The position numbers were made by a program, and so were the translations under genes. Below the pieces are notes generated by a model that did no database searches, was not told where the DNA came from, and was given only the letters and a program-made list of their open reading frames with translations. 64,000 bases of DNA from Chthoniobacterales bacterium (lineage in GTDB: Bacteria > Verrucomicrobiota > Verrucomicrobiia > Chthoniobacterales > Chthoniobacteraceae). Positions 51,801 to 60,521 of this stretch are shown here, piece after piece (position 1 is the first letter of the stretch; each line of letters opens with the position of its first letter). Where the stretch lies: the NCBI GenBank assembly GCA_038207335.1, contig JBBQZX010000015.1, positions 32,001 through 96,000 on the forward strand, read 5' to 3'.

Positions 51801-51839
51801 TGTGGCGAGGAGTGGGAGGAGCAGTAGCGCGCGGGTCAT
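48828..51839 (-). CDS. PVC-type membrane-bound dehydrogenase / haem-binding CxxCH protein
   Basis: FAHEPEVENPIAMAFDGRGRMWVAE beta-propeller, HEAT-like repeats, CGACH, IGPDLT, SMMPEG. Confidence 0.88.
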   Translation of the reverse strand: MTRALLLLPLLATSALAADFPQPYNSEPGNVSPPAPADALASLKLQPGFAATIFAHEPEVENPIAMAFDGRGRMWVAENFTYAEKGVRFDLALRDRVLVFEDKDGDGIAESRKVFTDEVQVLTSVAVGRGGVWLMCPPQLLFVPDADGDDVPDSAPQVVLDGFTVAKDNYHNFANGLKWGPDGWLYGRCGASCPGEIGVPGTLAEARVPLRGGMWRYHPEHKIFEALTHGTTNPWGQDWDARGELFFVNTVNGFLWHAFAGAHFVRPHTTDPNPHSYALIDTHADHYHFDTGKSWTASRNGAANDFGGGHSHEGALIYQGGSWPAEYAGKLFTLNLHGRRMNTERLERIGSGFVAKHEPDFALWGDPWFRGIELQSGPDGSVFALDWSDTGECHDSTGVHRTSGRIYKIAHSGPGTPLVDSSAHPAALDDLRAENIWPVRRELLALQEGGESSAQAHPALLSMYRDATDPVVKLRAMWALASTGGSTPAWLREQLAQPDESVRVWAIRLLTDDWPLDTATGKRPARAEAAPDASLLAEFLRLAHEDPSGLVRLALASTLQRLPVKARPALATALFSHAEDATDHNLPLLVWYGLTPLAAADLSALPPLAMVCEWPITRRCIARRIAAGSEKNPAPLDDLLTLAATRSGAFQSDILTGLSDAFAGWRKAAKPSSWEALQAKLDPALADRARDLSALFGDGRALDQIKHVALDSAADVAAREAALRTLIDSRPDDLRAVCESLLDTHGLNITAVRGLALFDDPALGASLVKRYAKFSANERPAVIAALVTRPAWVRALLDGVASGAIPRSDIGAFDARQIRSFNDAVLAARLTEVWGEMRESAADKRELIAKLKMQLTPQSLAKADVSKGRAAFNTVCGACHTLYGEGGKIGPDLTGSGRDNLDYLLENIVDPSAIVPADFRLTTLTLKDGRILTGMIAGKSERVLTLRTLAETLPVERADIANLTESPQSMMPEGVLGAFTPEQTRDLFSYLMSKQQAPLPTVK

Positions 51840-51917
51840 GGCGGCGATACGCTTGCGCATCGCGGAGGGAATGCCGAGATGCGTTTCGCGAGGCGGCGGA
51901 TGACCGCGCTAGACTTC

Positions 51918-54900
51918 TCAGCGCCGACGACGGCGCAGGCCGAGAAGCGCAGCGCTGGCGAGGAGGAGTGTGGCGGACGCGGGCTCGGGTACGGCGATGA
52001 GGGCGACGCTGTTGGAGCCGGCGTTGTAATCGAGCCGGAATGAATTCGCGCCATAGGTGAGGATGGCGTCGTCGGCGATCGTGTTGCCGTTGAATTTGAA
52101 AAGCCCGCCATTCCAACCGCCGTTATAGCTCACGAAGGTGAATGTGGTGCCGGCGGCGAGCAGCGCGTTGCTGCCGAGGTCGCTGATGCTGAGCGTCGGC
52201 GCGACTCCGGTACCGATCGAAAATGCGCCATTCACCGCGAGCAAATCGGACGCGCCGACGAGCCCGGCGACGCTGCTGGTATTGATCTCTAGCGCGAAGG
52301 TGCTGCCGGTCGCGAGCGTGAGCGCATCGGTGCTGAGCGTGCCGATGGAATTGCCGGGCGCGAGCGTGCCGCCGATCGTCGCCGCCCCGACGACAGTGCC
52401 GCCGCCTTTCAACATTTGCGTCGCGCCGGTCGCGAAACCGGGGACCGCCGTAAGATTTAGGACGGCGCCGCTTTTTACATCGATCGTCGTCGAACCGGAG
52501 ATGGAGCCGCCGACGCCGACGGCGAGCGTGCCGCTGGAAATCGTCGTGCTGCCGGTGTTCGTGAGCGCGGCGCTCACGGTGACGGTGCCGCCGCCTTGCT
52601 TTATCACAATTCCCGCGCCGCTGACTGTGCGCGCGAGCGTCCAGTTGCCGTCGAGCCCGAGCGTGCCGGCAGCGTTCACGGTGACGGGCGAGTTGTATCC
52701 CGCGGAGGTCGCGCCGGAGAGATTAAGCACGAGTTTGCCGGCGTTGATCGTCGTCGAGCCGCCGTAGTTGAAACTGCCGATGGTCGGGTTGTTGATGAAC
52801 TCCTGCGTACCCGCGCCGTTTTTCACGATACTGAGTAGGCCGCCGACCTGCTCGCGGATGATGCCGTAGTAGCTGTGATCGGTGGCGGTATTCAGCGTCA
52901 GCGTCGCTGTGCCGGGCGCGACGGTATATCCCGGCGCGGTTAGCTCGTCGTTTTGAATGATCGAGATGTTGTTGCTCAGCGCGGAATCCACGCCCGCGAG
53001 CGTCTGGTTCGTGCCACGCAGTTCGAATTTCGCGTTGCTCGGGCCGTTGGCGAAAGTGATGACCGTATTCGCGCCGTACTGCTGCGTCGCCGCGCCGCTG
53101 ATGAGCCAGATGTCCACGCCGCCACCGGTGCCGAAAGTCACATGCCCGGGGATCGCCGGCCCGAAGCCACTCGCCGCTGTGATCGTGCCATTCGAGATCG
53201 TCAGGTCGCCGGTGAAGGTATTCGCACCGGTCAGCGAGATCGCGCCGGCGCCGCTTTTCACCACCGCCAGTGGACGCGCCGCGCCGTCGGCGAAGATGCC
53301 GCCAAATGCGGACGTGACGGTTTGATTGATCGTGAATGTCGTCTGCCCGGCGTTCCCGGAGCTGTCGGAAATCGTGCCGCCCGTCCCCGCGAGCGAGCCG
53401 ACGGTCGCGCTGTTTGCATTCAGGTCGAGCGAAGCTCCGACGCCGAGCGTCACATTTCCGGTCGGCGCCAAGGCCGTCGCGCTTCCGACGATCACGCTGC
53501 CTTGGTTGATATTGAACGCGCTCCCCGCTGCGATTCCGAAGTTGTTCGCGCCGTTGATGAGCAGCGCACCGGGACCGGTCTTGGTCACCGATCTTGCCGA
53601 GCCATCGAGCGTGCCGCTGATCGTAAGACCCGTGCTCGCAGCGCTGAAAATGGTGAGGTCGCTCGCGAGCACGACATTTTCCGCGATCGTGTGGCTGCCC
53701 GAACTCACGACCACCTGCGCGGCGACGGTGCCGGTGTTTGCGAAAGTCAGATTCGAGCTGCCGGGGATGCCGATCGTGTAGGCCGCACTGGTGTTGTCGA
53801 AGAGCGCGAAGCCGATTGTGCGCGGCGAATTTAGGGTGATCGTGCCACTCGACGTGAGCGCCGGGCCGAAGCGCGCGGCGTCGCCGATCGCATCCGGAGT
53901 GTAGCTGCTCCACGGACCGGTACCCCAGACGCCGCCGGTCGCGCTATTCCACGATGAGCTGTCGAGCTGCGGAGTTAAAGTCACGGCATTCGTGCCGATC
54001 ACCGGCTGGAGCGTGAGCCGCCCCGCTGATGCACCGCTGATCGTGAAACCGCCATTGCTCACCGAATTCGTCGAACTCACGAGCGTATAAGTCTGGCCGA
54101 ATTCGTAGCCCCCGATCTGGTTGAACGTGAACGCGCTGTTGGCCGTAATAGCGAGAGTGCCGGTGGTGATTTTATCGCTAGAGGCAACCGCACCCAGATC
54201 GAAGACCGCCGTGCCGCCAGCGAGTGTGAGAGTATTCGTGAGCACGAGGGTGCTGCCGGTGCCGCCGCTGAAACCAAGCGTCGCGGTGGGGTTCACGATG
54301 AGATTCGATGTCACCGTGGAGGTCGCCGCGCTCCCGTCGAGTTGGAGTCGCCCTGCATTGATCGTCGTGGCGCCCGTGTAGCTGTTTGCGCCGGAGAGTA
54401 GCCACGTTCCCGCGCCGTTTTTCGCGAGCGAGGTCACGCCGCCTGCACTGTCCGGGAGCGCGCCGGCAAGCGTGTTGTTGCCGGTGTTTGTGCCGGTGAG
54501 CGTCAGCGTTCGCGAGCCGGTGCCCGTCGCAGCTAGAGCGCCGGAGTTTGTGAAATTCACTGCGCTGCTGCCGGAGGCATCGAGAGTGCCGCCGTTTTGA
54601 GTCACAGTGAAAAGCCGGTTCGCATTCACCGCCGCGCCGGTGTAGCGCAACGTGCCACCGTCGAAAATCAGCGACGCCGCGTTGGTCGCTGCGTTCGTCG
54701 CTGTGCCCGCGCCGAGGGGGCTGTTTGTGCCGATGTTTGCCAGCGTGCTGACCGCGAGCACTCCCGTGCCGCCGAGCCGCGCCGCACCGGTAAAGGTGTT
54801 CGTCGCGTTGTTGATCGTCACCACGTTTCCATCCGTGCCCGTCCGCGCCAGCCCGCCGGCGCCCGACACCACCACGCCTTCCGCCCATGCGCCCGAGCCG

Positions 54901-57900
54901 CCCGTCAGCCCCACTTCCGCGCCTGCCGCCACGGCGATCCCCGAGGTGCTCCACGTCGGCAAGGCGAGCGTGCTGCCAAAAACAAGCCGCCCCTGGCTCA
55001 CCGTCGTCGCCCCGCTATACGTCGGGTTCGTGATCGAGAAATTCATCGTCTGCTCACCCGTGCCCGTCTTCGTCAGCCCCAGCGCCCCGCCCGCCTGATT
55101 GCGGATCAGCCCCGTCCACGAGTAGCTGTTCGCCCCCGGCACATTGATCGTCAGCGTCGCTGCTCCGGGTGTGCCACTTTCGTTGTTCTGCACAATGCCC
55201 GTGCCAGTCAGCCCCGCGATCGTCTGGTCAAAGCCGTTCAGGTTGATCCGGCTGTTCGCCACGATCGCCGTGATATTCAGCAACACGCCCGTCGTCCCGT
55301 TGAGCTGATTCGCCGCGCCGAATGTCAGCCAGCCCTGCGTCACTCCGTCGTCGCCGATCGTCAGCGTCGGCGTATTGATCGATGCGCCCGGAGCCAGCGT
55401 CGTCGCAGTCGCCGCAGAGACACCTCCGCTCACGATCGTATTGCCGCTACCGTTGACCACATTGGGGATCGCATACCCGCCCGTGCGGCTGATTCGCAGC
55501 GTCGCGTTGTTTGTGATCGTCCCCGCGAGCGATCCCAGCGCCGAGTTCCCGCTGATATCGACCGTACCCTGCGCGATCGTCAGACCGCCCGTGAATGTAT
55601 TCGCGCCCGTGATCGTCAGCGTCCCCGCGCCGGTCTTCGTAACCTTGCCTGTCCCGCCGATCACCGTCGCTGCCGTTTGGGCCGAGCCGTTATTGAAAGC
55701 CACGGTCGCATTGTCGGTGATCCCACCAGCCACCGAGCCGTTCGTCGTCCCGTCACCGAGTTGCAAAATCCCTGCCGAAACCGTCGTGCCACCGGTGAAG
55801 GCGTTTGCGTTCGTCAAAATCAACGTTCCTGGATTCAACTTCGTGAGCGACTTCGCTCCGCCGATCAATCCCGAGATCGTGATAGCGGTGCCTGCGTCCG
55901 GTGCTGCGACGAGATCGGACAAAAGCGCGATATTCTCCGCGATCCGATGCGTCCCAGCGGTCGCGCTCAGCAGCGCCGTCGAGGCACCGTTGTCGAAGGT
56001 CAATAGGCTGCTGCCTGCCGTGCCGATGGTGTACGACGCGGCGGTGTTGTTGAAAATGAGATAGCCGACCGAGCGCGCTGTGCTGAGCGTCACCGTGTCA
56101 TTCGCCGCAAGCGCGGGACCGAAAATCGCAGCATCCCCCGCCGCTGTCGGGATGTAACTCGACCACGAACCCGCCGTGCTCCATGTGCCACCCGTGCTGC
56201 TAATCCAAGTCGAGGCATCCAGCGTCGGCGTCACCGTCAGCTTATCCGGGGCAAGCGTGGGGGTTAAAGTCAGCCGCCCTGCGGTTGTGGTCGGGAAAGT
56301 GAAATTCCCAGGATTCAGGAGCGTGTTGTAGGTCGCCAGCGTGTAAGGCGAACCGAAGTTCAGCCCGGCTATCGGATTGTAGCTCAACGCGCTCGAAGCC
56401 GTGATTGAAAAGGTATCCGCCGCGATTTTGTCGCTCGCCGCAGACGTGCCAATGTCGAAAACCAGCGTCCCGCCGCTCAGCGTCAGCGTCGATCCGGACT
56501 TCAGCGTCAGCGTCGTACCAAGCCCGGTGGAAAAGCCAAGCGTCGTCCCCGGTCCGACGTCGATGCCACTCGTTGTCAGAGCCCCCGCTGCCGCGCTCGC
56601 ATTGAGTTGCAGACGGCCGCCGCTAATCGTCGTCGGTCCAGTGTAGCTGCTCGTGCCCGAGAGGGTTAGTGTCCCGGTTCCTATCTTCGTGAGCCCCATC
56701 AACCCGGTGCCGCTCGTGTGATCGGCAATCGTCCCCGCGAAAGTCGAGGTCGCGTCACCGTTCCCCGCTGTCAGGATCGTATTCGTCCCAGTCGCATTGT
56801 TCGCAATCGTCCCGCCGCCTGTAAGCGCGCCCACGTTCTGCGAAAAGCCCCCCACATTCACCAGGCCGCCGGTATTCACCGCCAACGCAGCACCCGTCGC
56901 CCCGAGCGAACCACCCGCTCCGAGATTCAGCAGCGCGCCCGCGTTGACTGTCGTCCCACCGCTGTAGCTGTTCGCCACCGCGAGATTCAGCGTCCCGTCG
57001 TTCACGCTAAGCCCTTTCGTCCCCGAGACCGGACCCGTGAGCGTGATCGTCCCGGCACCCAGTTTCACCGCATCCGTCGCCAGCGCCACTGGAGTCGCGA
57101 TCGTGTGCGACCCCACCAGCGCGCTCAGCACGGAGACGCCGCCCACGTCTGCCTGCAGCGTCAGCGTATTTCCCCCTGCGATCGTCCACGCATTCGTCCC
57201 GTCGAATTGCACATGCCCCACCGTCCGCGCCGCATCCAGATTGATCGTCGTCGGCGTCCCCTGCGCCGCAAAGCTCGCATTCGATCCTGCCCCATTCGGC
57301 TGCGACACACTCCACGCCGCCGTCGTCCAATTCGCCCCGCCCACCCACGCATTATTGAATGTCTGCTCATTCGTGAACGCATACAGATGCATCGTGTTCA
57401 ACGGATTCTGCGGCGCGAGCGACAGCGTCTGCGTCGCCGAGGCCGCTTGGAAAGTGTAACGCAGCAGATTCAGATTCCCCTGCGCCGTCGCTCCCACGTC
57501 CAAGTCGAAAAGCGTAGTCGCCGTCGATGCACCCGTCGCCGTGATCGTCTGAAAGCGATTCCCCGCCCCTTCCCACGAGCGATCGTAGAAAGTCACCACA
57601 TACGTCTGCCCCGCCGTCAGCCCCGTGAGCGTCATTGTTCCCGGATTCCCGCCGTAGATAAACCGGTTCGTCAGCGCACCGAGCTGCCCAGCCGGATTCG
57701 CCCCCCCGCCATTGTAAAGCGATGCTTCACCCGCAAACGAATACCCCGTCCCCGCCCCGCCAGTCCCCGTCGGATTCGCCCCCAGCACCGACGCAAACGT
57801 CACCCCATTCACCACCACATTTGCCACTGCCGTATCCCCATTCAGATTGATCGCCTCCAGATACGTCTTGTTCACATTCAGCCCCACAGCCGCATCGTTA

Positions 57901-58034
57901 TCCCCCGTCCCGAGCGCCCCGCTGTTCGAAAAAATCCCCGTCGATTCCCCCATCACCCTCCCCATGAAAATGCCGCACCCGAGGAGCGCAGCAATCGAAG
58001 TGACGAGGACCAGGGGCTTGGATTTCGGATTCAT
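51918..58034 (-). CDS. Giant autotransporter-associated beta-strand repeat protein with PEP-CTERM sorting signal
   Basis: Many LTKxGxGTLxLxGxNxYTGxTTI repeats; C-terminal VPEP-TM-RRRR. Confidence 0.92.
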   Translation of the reverse strand: MNPKSKPLVLVTSIAALLGCGIFMGRVMGESTGIFSNSGALGTGDNDAAVGLNVNKTYLEAINLNGDTAVANVVVNGVTFASVLGANPTGTGGAGTGYSFAGEASLYNGGGANPAGQLGALTNRFIYGGNPGTMTLTGLTAGQTYVVTFYDRSWEGAGNRFQTITATGASTATTLFDLDVGATAQGNLNLLRYTFQAASATQTLSLAPQNPLNTMHLYAFTNEQTFNNAWVGGANWTTAAWSVSQPNGAGSNASFAAQGTPTTINLDAARTVGHVQFDGTNAWTIAGGNTLTLQADVGGVSVLSALVGSHTIATPVALATDAVKLGAGTITLTGPVSGTKGLSVNDGTLNLAVANSYSGGTTVNAGALLNLGAGGSLGATGAALAVNTGGLVNVGGFSQNVGALTGGGTIANNATGTNTILTAGNGDATSTFAGTIADHTSGTGLMGLTKIGTGTLTLSGTSSYTGPTTISGGRLQLNASAAAGALTTSGIDVGPGTTLGFSTGLGTTLTLKSGSTLTLSGGTLVFDIGTSAASDKIAADTFSITASSALSYNPIAGLNFGSPYTLATYNTLLNPGNFTFPTTTAGRLTLTPTLAPDKLTVTPTLDASTWISSTGGTWSTAGSWSSYIPTAAGDAAIFGPALAANDTVTLSTARSVGYLIFNNTAASYTIGTAGSSLLTFDNGASTALLSATAGTHRIAENIALLSDLVAAPDAGTAITISGLIGGAKSLTKLNPGTLILTNANAFTGGTTVSAGILQLGDGTTNGSVAGGITDNATVAFNNGSAQTAATVIGGTGKVTKTGAGTLTITGANTFTGGLTIAQGTVDISGNSALGSLAGTITNNATLRISRTGGYAIPNVVNGSGNTIVSGGVSAATATTLAPGASINTPTLTIGDDGVTQGWLTFGAANQLNGTTGVLLNITAIVANSRINLNGFDQTIAGLTGTGIVQNNESGTPGAATLTINVPGANSYSWTGLIRNQAGGALGLTKTGTGEQTMNFSITNPTYSGATTVSQGRLVFGSTLALPTWSTSGIAVAAGAEVGLTGGSGAWAEGVVVSGAGGLARTGTDGNVVTINNATNTFTGAARLGGTGVLAVSTLANIGTNSPLGAGTATNAATNAASLIFDGGTLRYTGAAVNANRLFTVTQNGGTLDASGSSAVNFTNSGALAATGTGSRTLTLTGTNTGNNTLAGALPDSAGGVTSLAKNGAGTWLLSGANSYTGATTINAGRLQLDGSAATSTVTSNLIVNPTATLGFSGGTGSTLVLTNTLTLAGGTAVFDLGAVASSDKITTGTLAITANSAFTFNQIGGYEFGQTYTLVSSTNSVSNGGFTISGASAGRLTLQPVIGTNAVTLTPQLDSSSWNSATGGVWGTGPWSSYTPDAIGDAARFGPALTSSGTITLNSPRTIGFALFDNTSAAYTIGIPGSSNLTFANTGTVAAQVVVSSGSHTIAENVVLASDLTIFSAASTGLTISGTLDGSARSVTKTGPGALLINGANNFGIAAGSAFNINQGSVIVGSATALAPTGNVTLGVGASLDLNANSATVGSLAGTGGTISDSSGNAGQTTFTINQTVTSAFGGIFADGAARPLAVVKSGAGAISLTGANTFTGDLTISNGTITAASGFGPAIPGHVTFGTGGGVDIWLISGAATQQYGANTVITFANGPSNAKFELRGTNQTLAGVDSALSNNISIIQNDELTAPGYTVAPGTATLTLNTATDHSYYGIIREQVGGLLSIVKNGAGTQEFINNPTIGSFNYGGSTTINAGKLVLNLSGATSAGYNSPVTVNAAGTLGLDGNWTLARTVSGAGIVIKQGGGTVTVSAALTNTGSTTISSGTLAVGVGGSISGSTTIDVKSGAVLNLTAVPGFATGATQMLKGGGTVVGAATIGGTLAPGNSIGTLSTDALTLATGSTFALEINTSSVAGLVGASDLLAVNGAFSIGTGVAPTLSISDLGSNALLAAGTTFTFVSYNGGWNGGLFKFNGNTIADDAILTYGANSFRLDYNAGSNSVALIAVPEPASATLLLASAALLGLRRRRR

Positions 58035-58268
58035 GGAGAGAATTCTGTGAAGGGTCGATATGCGCGCTCCACCCCGGCTCTGGCGCAGACGCGTCGTTCG
58101 ATCTGGGGAGAAAAACCGCGTCTTCTTTGATACACACGACCTCTCTAAATTCCAGTAGTTTTCCGCGTAAATGTCCAACTTGCGGACAGCAAACTACCAA
58201 CCGTCTTCGATCTTCGATATTCTCCCAAGGCATCGTCCTCCTTTTCAAAAGCTCTCCCGCGTTTCTCT

Positions 58269-58724
58269 ATGAAATCCGACCGAATCGCAGCACTCGCCGC
58301 CTCAATGAGCGGCGGCGATCCCGCGCTGCACCCCTGCTACACGGGCTTCTTCCAGTGCTTCAATGAAGCGCGCTATTACGAAGCCCACGACATCCTCGAG
58401 CACCTCTGGCTCCAAGGTCCCACCACCGACTCCGCCTTTTATAAAGGGCTCATCCAGTTCGCCGGCGCGTACGTTCACATCCAGAAGCAGCATCTTCGCC
58501 CCCAGCACCCAAAGGACGGCCGCCGCCTGCGCCCCGCCTTCCGGCTCTTCGCTCTGGTGGTGGAAAATCTCGCGCCCTACGCTCCGAGGCACCTGCGCCT
58601 CGACGTCAACACCCTCCTCATCGAAGCCGGGCGTCTTCGCGCCGAGATCGAGGCCGGCGGCTTCCTGCGCAATCCATGGAGCCCAGAGCGCCCGCCGCGA
58701 ATCGAGCTCGATGGCGGGGATTGA
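58269..58724 (+). CDS. DUF309 family protein
   Basis: FNEARYYEAHDILEHLW, FYKGLIQFAGAYVH. Confidence 0.88.
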   Translation: MKSDRIAALAASMSGGDPALHPCYTGFFQCFNEARYYEAHDILEHLWLQGPTTDSAFYKGLIQFAGAYVHIQKQHLRPQHPKDGRRLRPAFRLFALVVENLAPYAPRHLRLDVNTLLIEAGRLRAEIEAGGFLRNPWSPERPPRIELDGGD

Positions 58725-58791
58725 GGGCACGCCTCGCATCCCGCCACCCACCGCTCCCGGATTGACGAATACGGCACCATGCCCCGCGACC

Positions 58792-60018
58792 GTGCCTTTC
58801 TCTCCACTCTCAACTCCAGATTCTCAACGCTCGCCCGATGTCATCGTCATCGGCGGTGGCGCGGCTGGGCTCATGTGCGCGATCGTCGCCGGGCGGCGCG
58901 GACGGCGCGTGTTGCTGCTGGAGCATCAGGATGCCGTGGGGAAAAAGATCGCGATCTCGGGAGGCGGACGCTGCAACTTTACCAATCTCGGCGCGGGGCC
59001 GGAAAATTACGTCTCGCGTCAGCCGGACTTCTGCAAGTCGGCGCTGGCGCGATATTCGCCGTGGGATTTCGTGGCGCTCGTGGAGAAGCACGGGATCGCT
59101 TTTCACGAGAAGAAGCTCGGGCAGCAATTCTGCGATGGCAGCGCGCGGGCGATCATCGAGATGCTGCTGGCGGAGGCGACAGAGGCCGGGGTTGAGGTGC
59201 GGACGGGATGCCGCGTGGGGGCTGTCGCCGGAACCGAAAAAACGTCGAACATTGACGAGGCGAAGCGCTTTCGCATCGAGACGAATAGCGGCGTGCCGGA
59301 GTGCGAGTCGCTGGTGATCGCGACGGGCGGGCTCTCTTTTCCAAAGCTCGGCGCGACTGATCTCGGATACCGCGTGGCGCGGGACTTTGGGCTGCGGATC
59401 ACCGAGACGCGACCGGGACTCGTGCCGCTCACCTTTTCGCCCGAAGACATGGAGCTGCACACGCTCAGCGGGCTATCGCTGCCCGTAGCGGTGCGGTGCG
59501 GCGGGGCGACGTTTCGGGAGAGTCTGCTGATCACACACCGGGGGGTGAGCGGGCCGGCGGTGTTGCAGATTTCGTCGTTCTGGCGCGCGGGGGAGACGGT
59601 GCTCGTGGACCTGCTGCCGGAGCTGCGCGCGGCGGATTGGCTGGCGACGGTGCGGGAGGAAAAGGCAGACTGGCCGACGCTGCTGAGCCGGCACTGGCCG
59701 CGGCGCTTTGCGGAGGCGTGGTGTGCGAGACACGCGCCCACAAAACCGCTCGGGCATCTCAAGGCGCGCGAGATCGCGGACTTCGCCGCGCTCCTCCACG
59801 GCTGGCCGCTACGCCCCGCCGGGACGGAGGGCTACGCAAAGGCGGAAGTGACGCTGGGCGGGGTGGAGACAAGTGAGCTTTCCTCGAAGACGATGGAGGC
59901 GCGCAAGGTGCCGGGGCTGTTCTTCATCGGCGAAGTCGTGGATGTGACCGGCTGGCTCGGCGGCTATAATTTCCAGTGGGCCTGGGCATCGGGAAACGCA
60001 GCGGGGCAAGCGTGCTGA
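58792..60018 (+). CDS. HI0933/YhiN/BaiN-family flavoprotein
   Basis: GGGAAG, ISGGGRCNFTN, ATGGLSFP, VTLGGV, GGYNFQWAWASG; start uncertain. Confidence 0.92.
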   Translation: MPFSPLSTPDSQRSPDVIVIGGGAAGLMCAIVAGRRGRRVLLLEHQDAVGKKIAISGGGRCNFTNLGAGPENYVSRQPDFCKSALARYSPWDFVALVEKHGIAFHEKKLGQQFCDGSARAIIEMLLAEATEAGVEVRTGCRVGAVAGTEKTSNIDEAKRFRIETNSGVPECESLVIATGGLSFPKLGATDLGYRVARDFGLRITETRPGLVPLTFSPEDMELHTLSGLSLPVAVRCGGATFRESLLITHRGVSGPAVLQISSFWRAGETVLVDLLPELRAADWLATVREEKADWPTLLSRHWPRRFAEAWCARHAPTKPLGHLKAREIADFAALLHGWPLRPAGTEGYAKAEVTLGGVETSELSSKTMEARKVPGLFFIGEVVDVTGWLGGYNFQWAWASGNAAGQAC

Positions 60019-60044
60019 GAGCGAAAGCAGCGTTCGACATTCCC

Positions 60045-60476
60045 ATGCCCCGCCCCACCCTCGCCCCCGCCGCCGCCGCTGCCGCGGTCCGCGCAATCTA
60101 CGCCGAACTCGCCGCCCGCCCGATCGAGCGCGCGTGCGAGTTGCGCACCGACTGCTGCCATTTCAAGCTCACCGGACGCACGCCCTACCTCACCGCCGGC
60201 GAGGCCGTCGTCGCCGCCCAAGCCGTCCGCGCCTCCGGTCGCACGCGCCTCCCCGCGCGCACCGACGGCGCGTGTCCGCTGCTCGATCCCGCCGGGCGTT
60301 GCAGCATTTACGAAGATCGCCCCTTTGGCTGCCGCACGCACTTTTGCCAAGCCGCCGGCGGCCCGTATGCCCGGCGCGACGTGATCGATCTCATCCATCG
60401 CCTCGAAGACATCGACCGCGCGCTCGGCGGCGACGGCGCGCGCCAGCTCCCGATCGCGCTCAAAGAACGGCTATAG
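60045..60476 (+). CDS. YkgJ-like cysteine-cluster (CxxCxxCC-type) protein
   Basis: CELRTDCC, ACPLLD, CSIYEDRPFGCRTHFC. Confidence 0.82.
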   Translation: MPRPTLAPAAAAAAVRAIYAELAARPIERACELRTDCCHFKLTGRTPYLTAGEAVVAAQAVRASGRTRLPARTDGACPLLDPAGRCSIYEDRPFGCRTHFCQAAGGPYARRDVIDLIHRLEDIDRALGGDGARQLPIALKERL

Positions 60477-60521
60477 CATCGACAACCCTACGGCGTCACT
60501 TTACCCAATCCGCCTCCAAAA

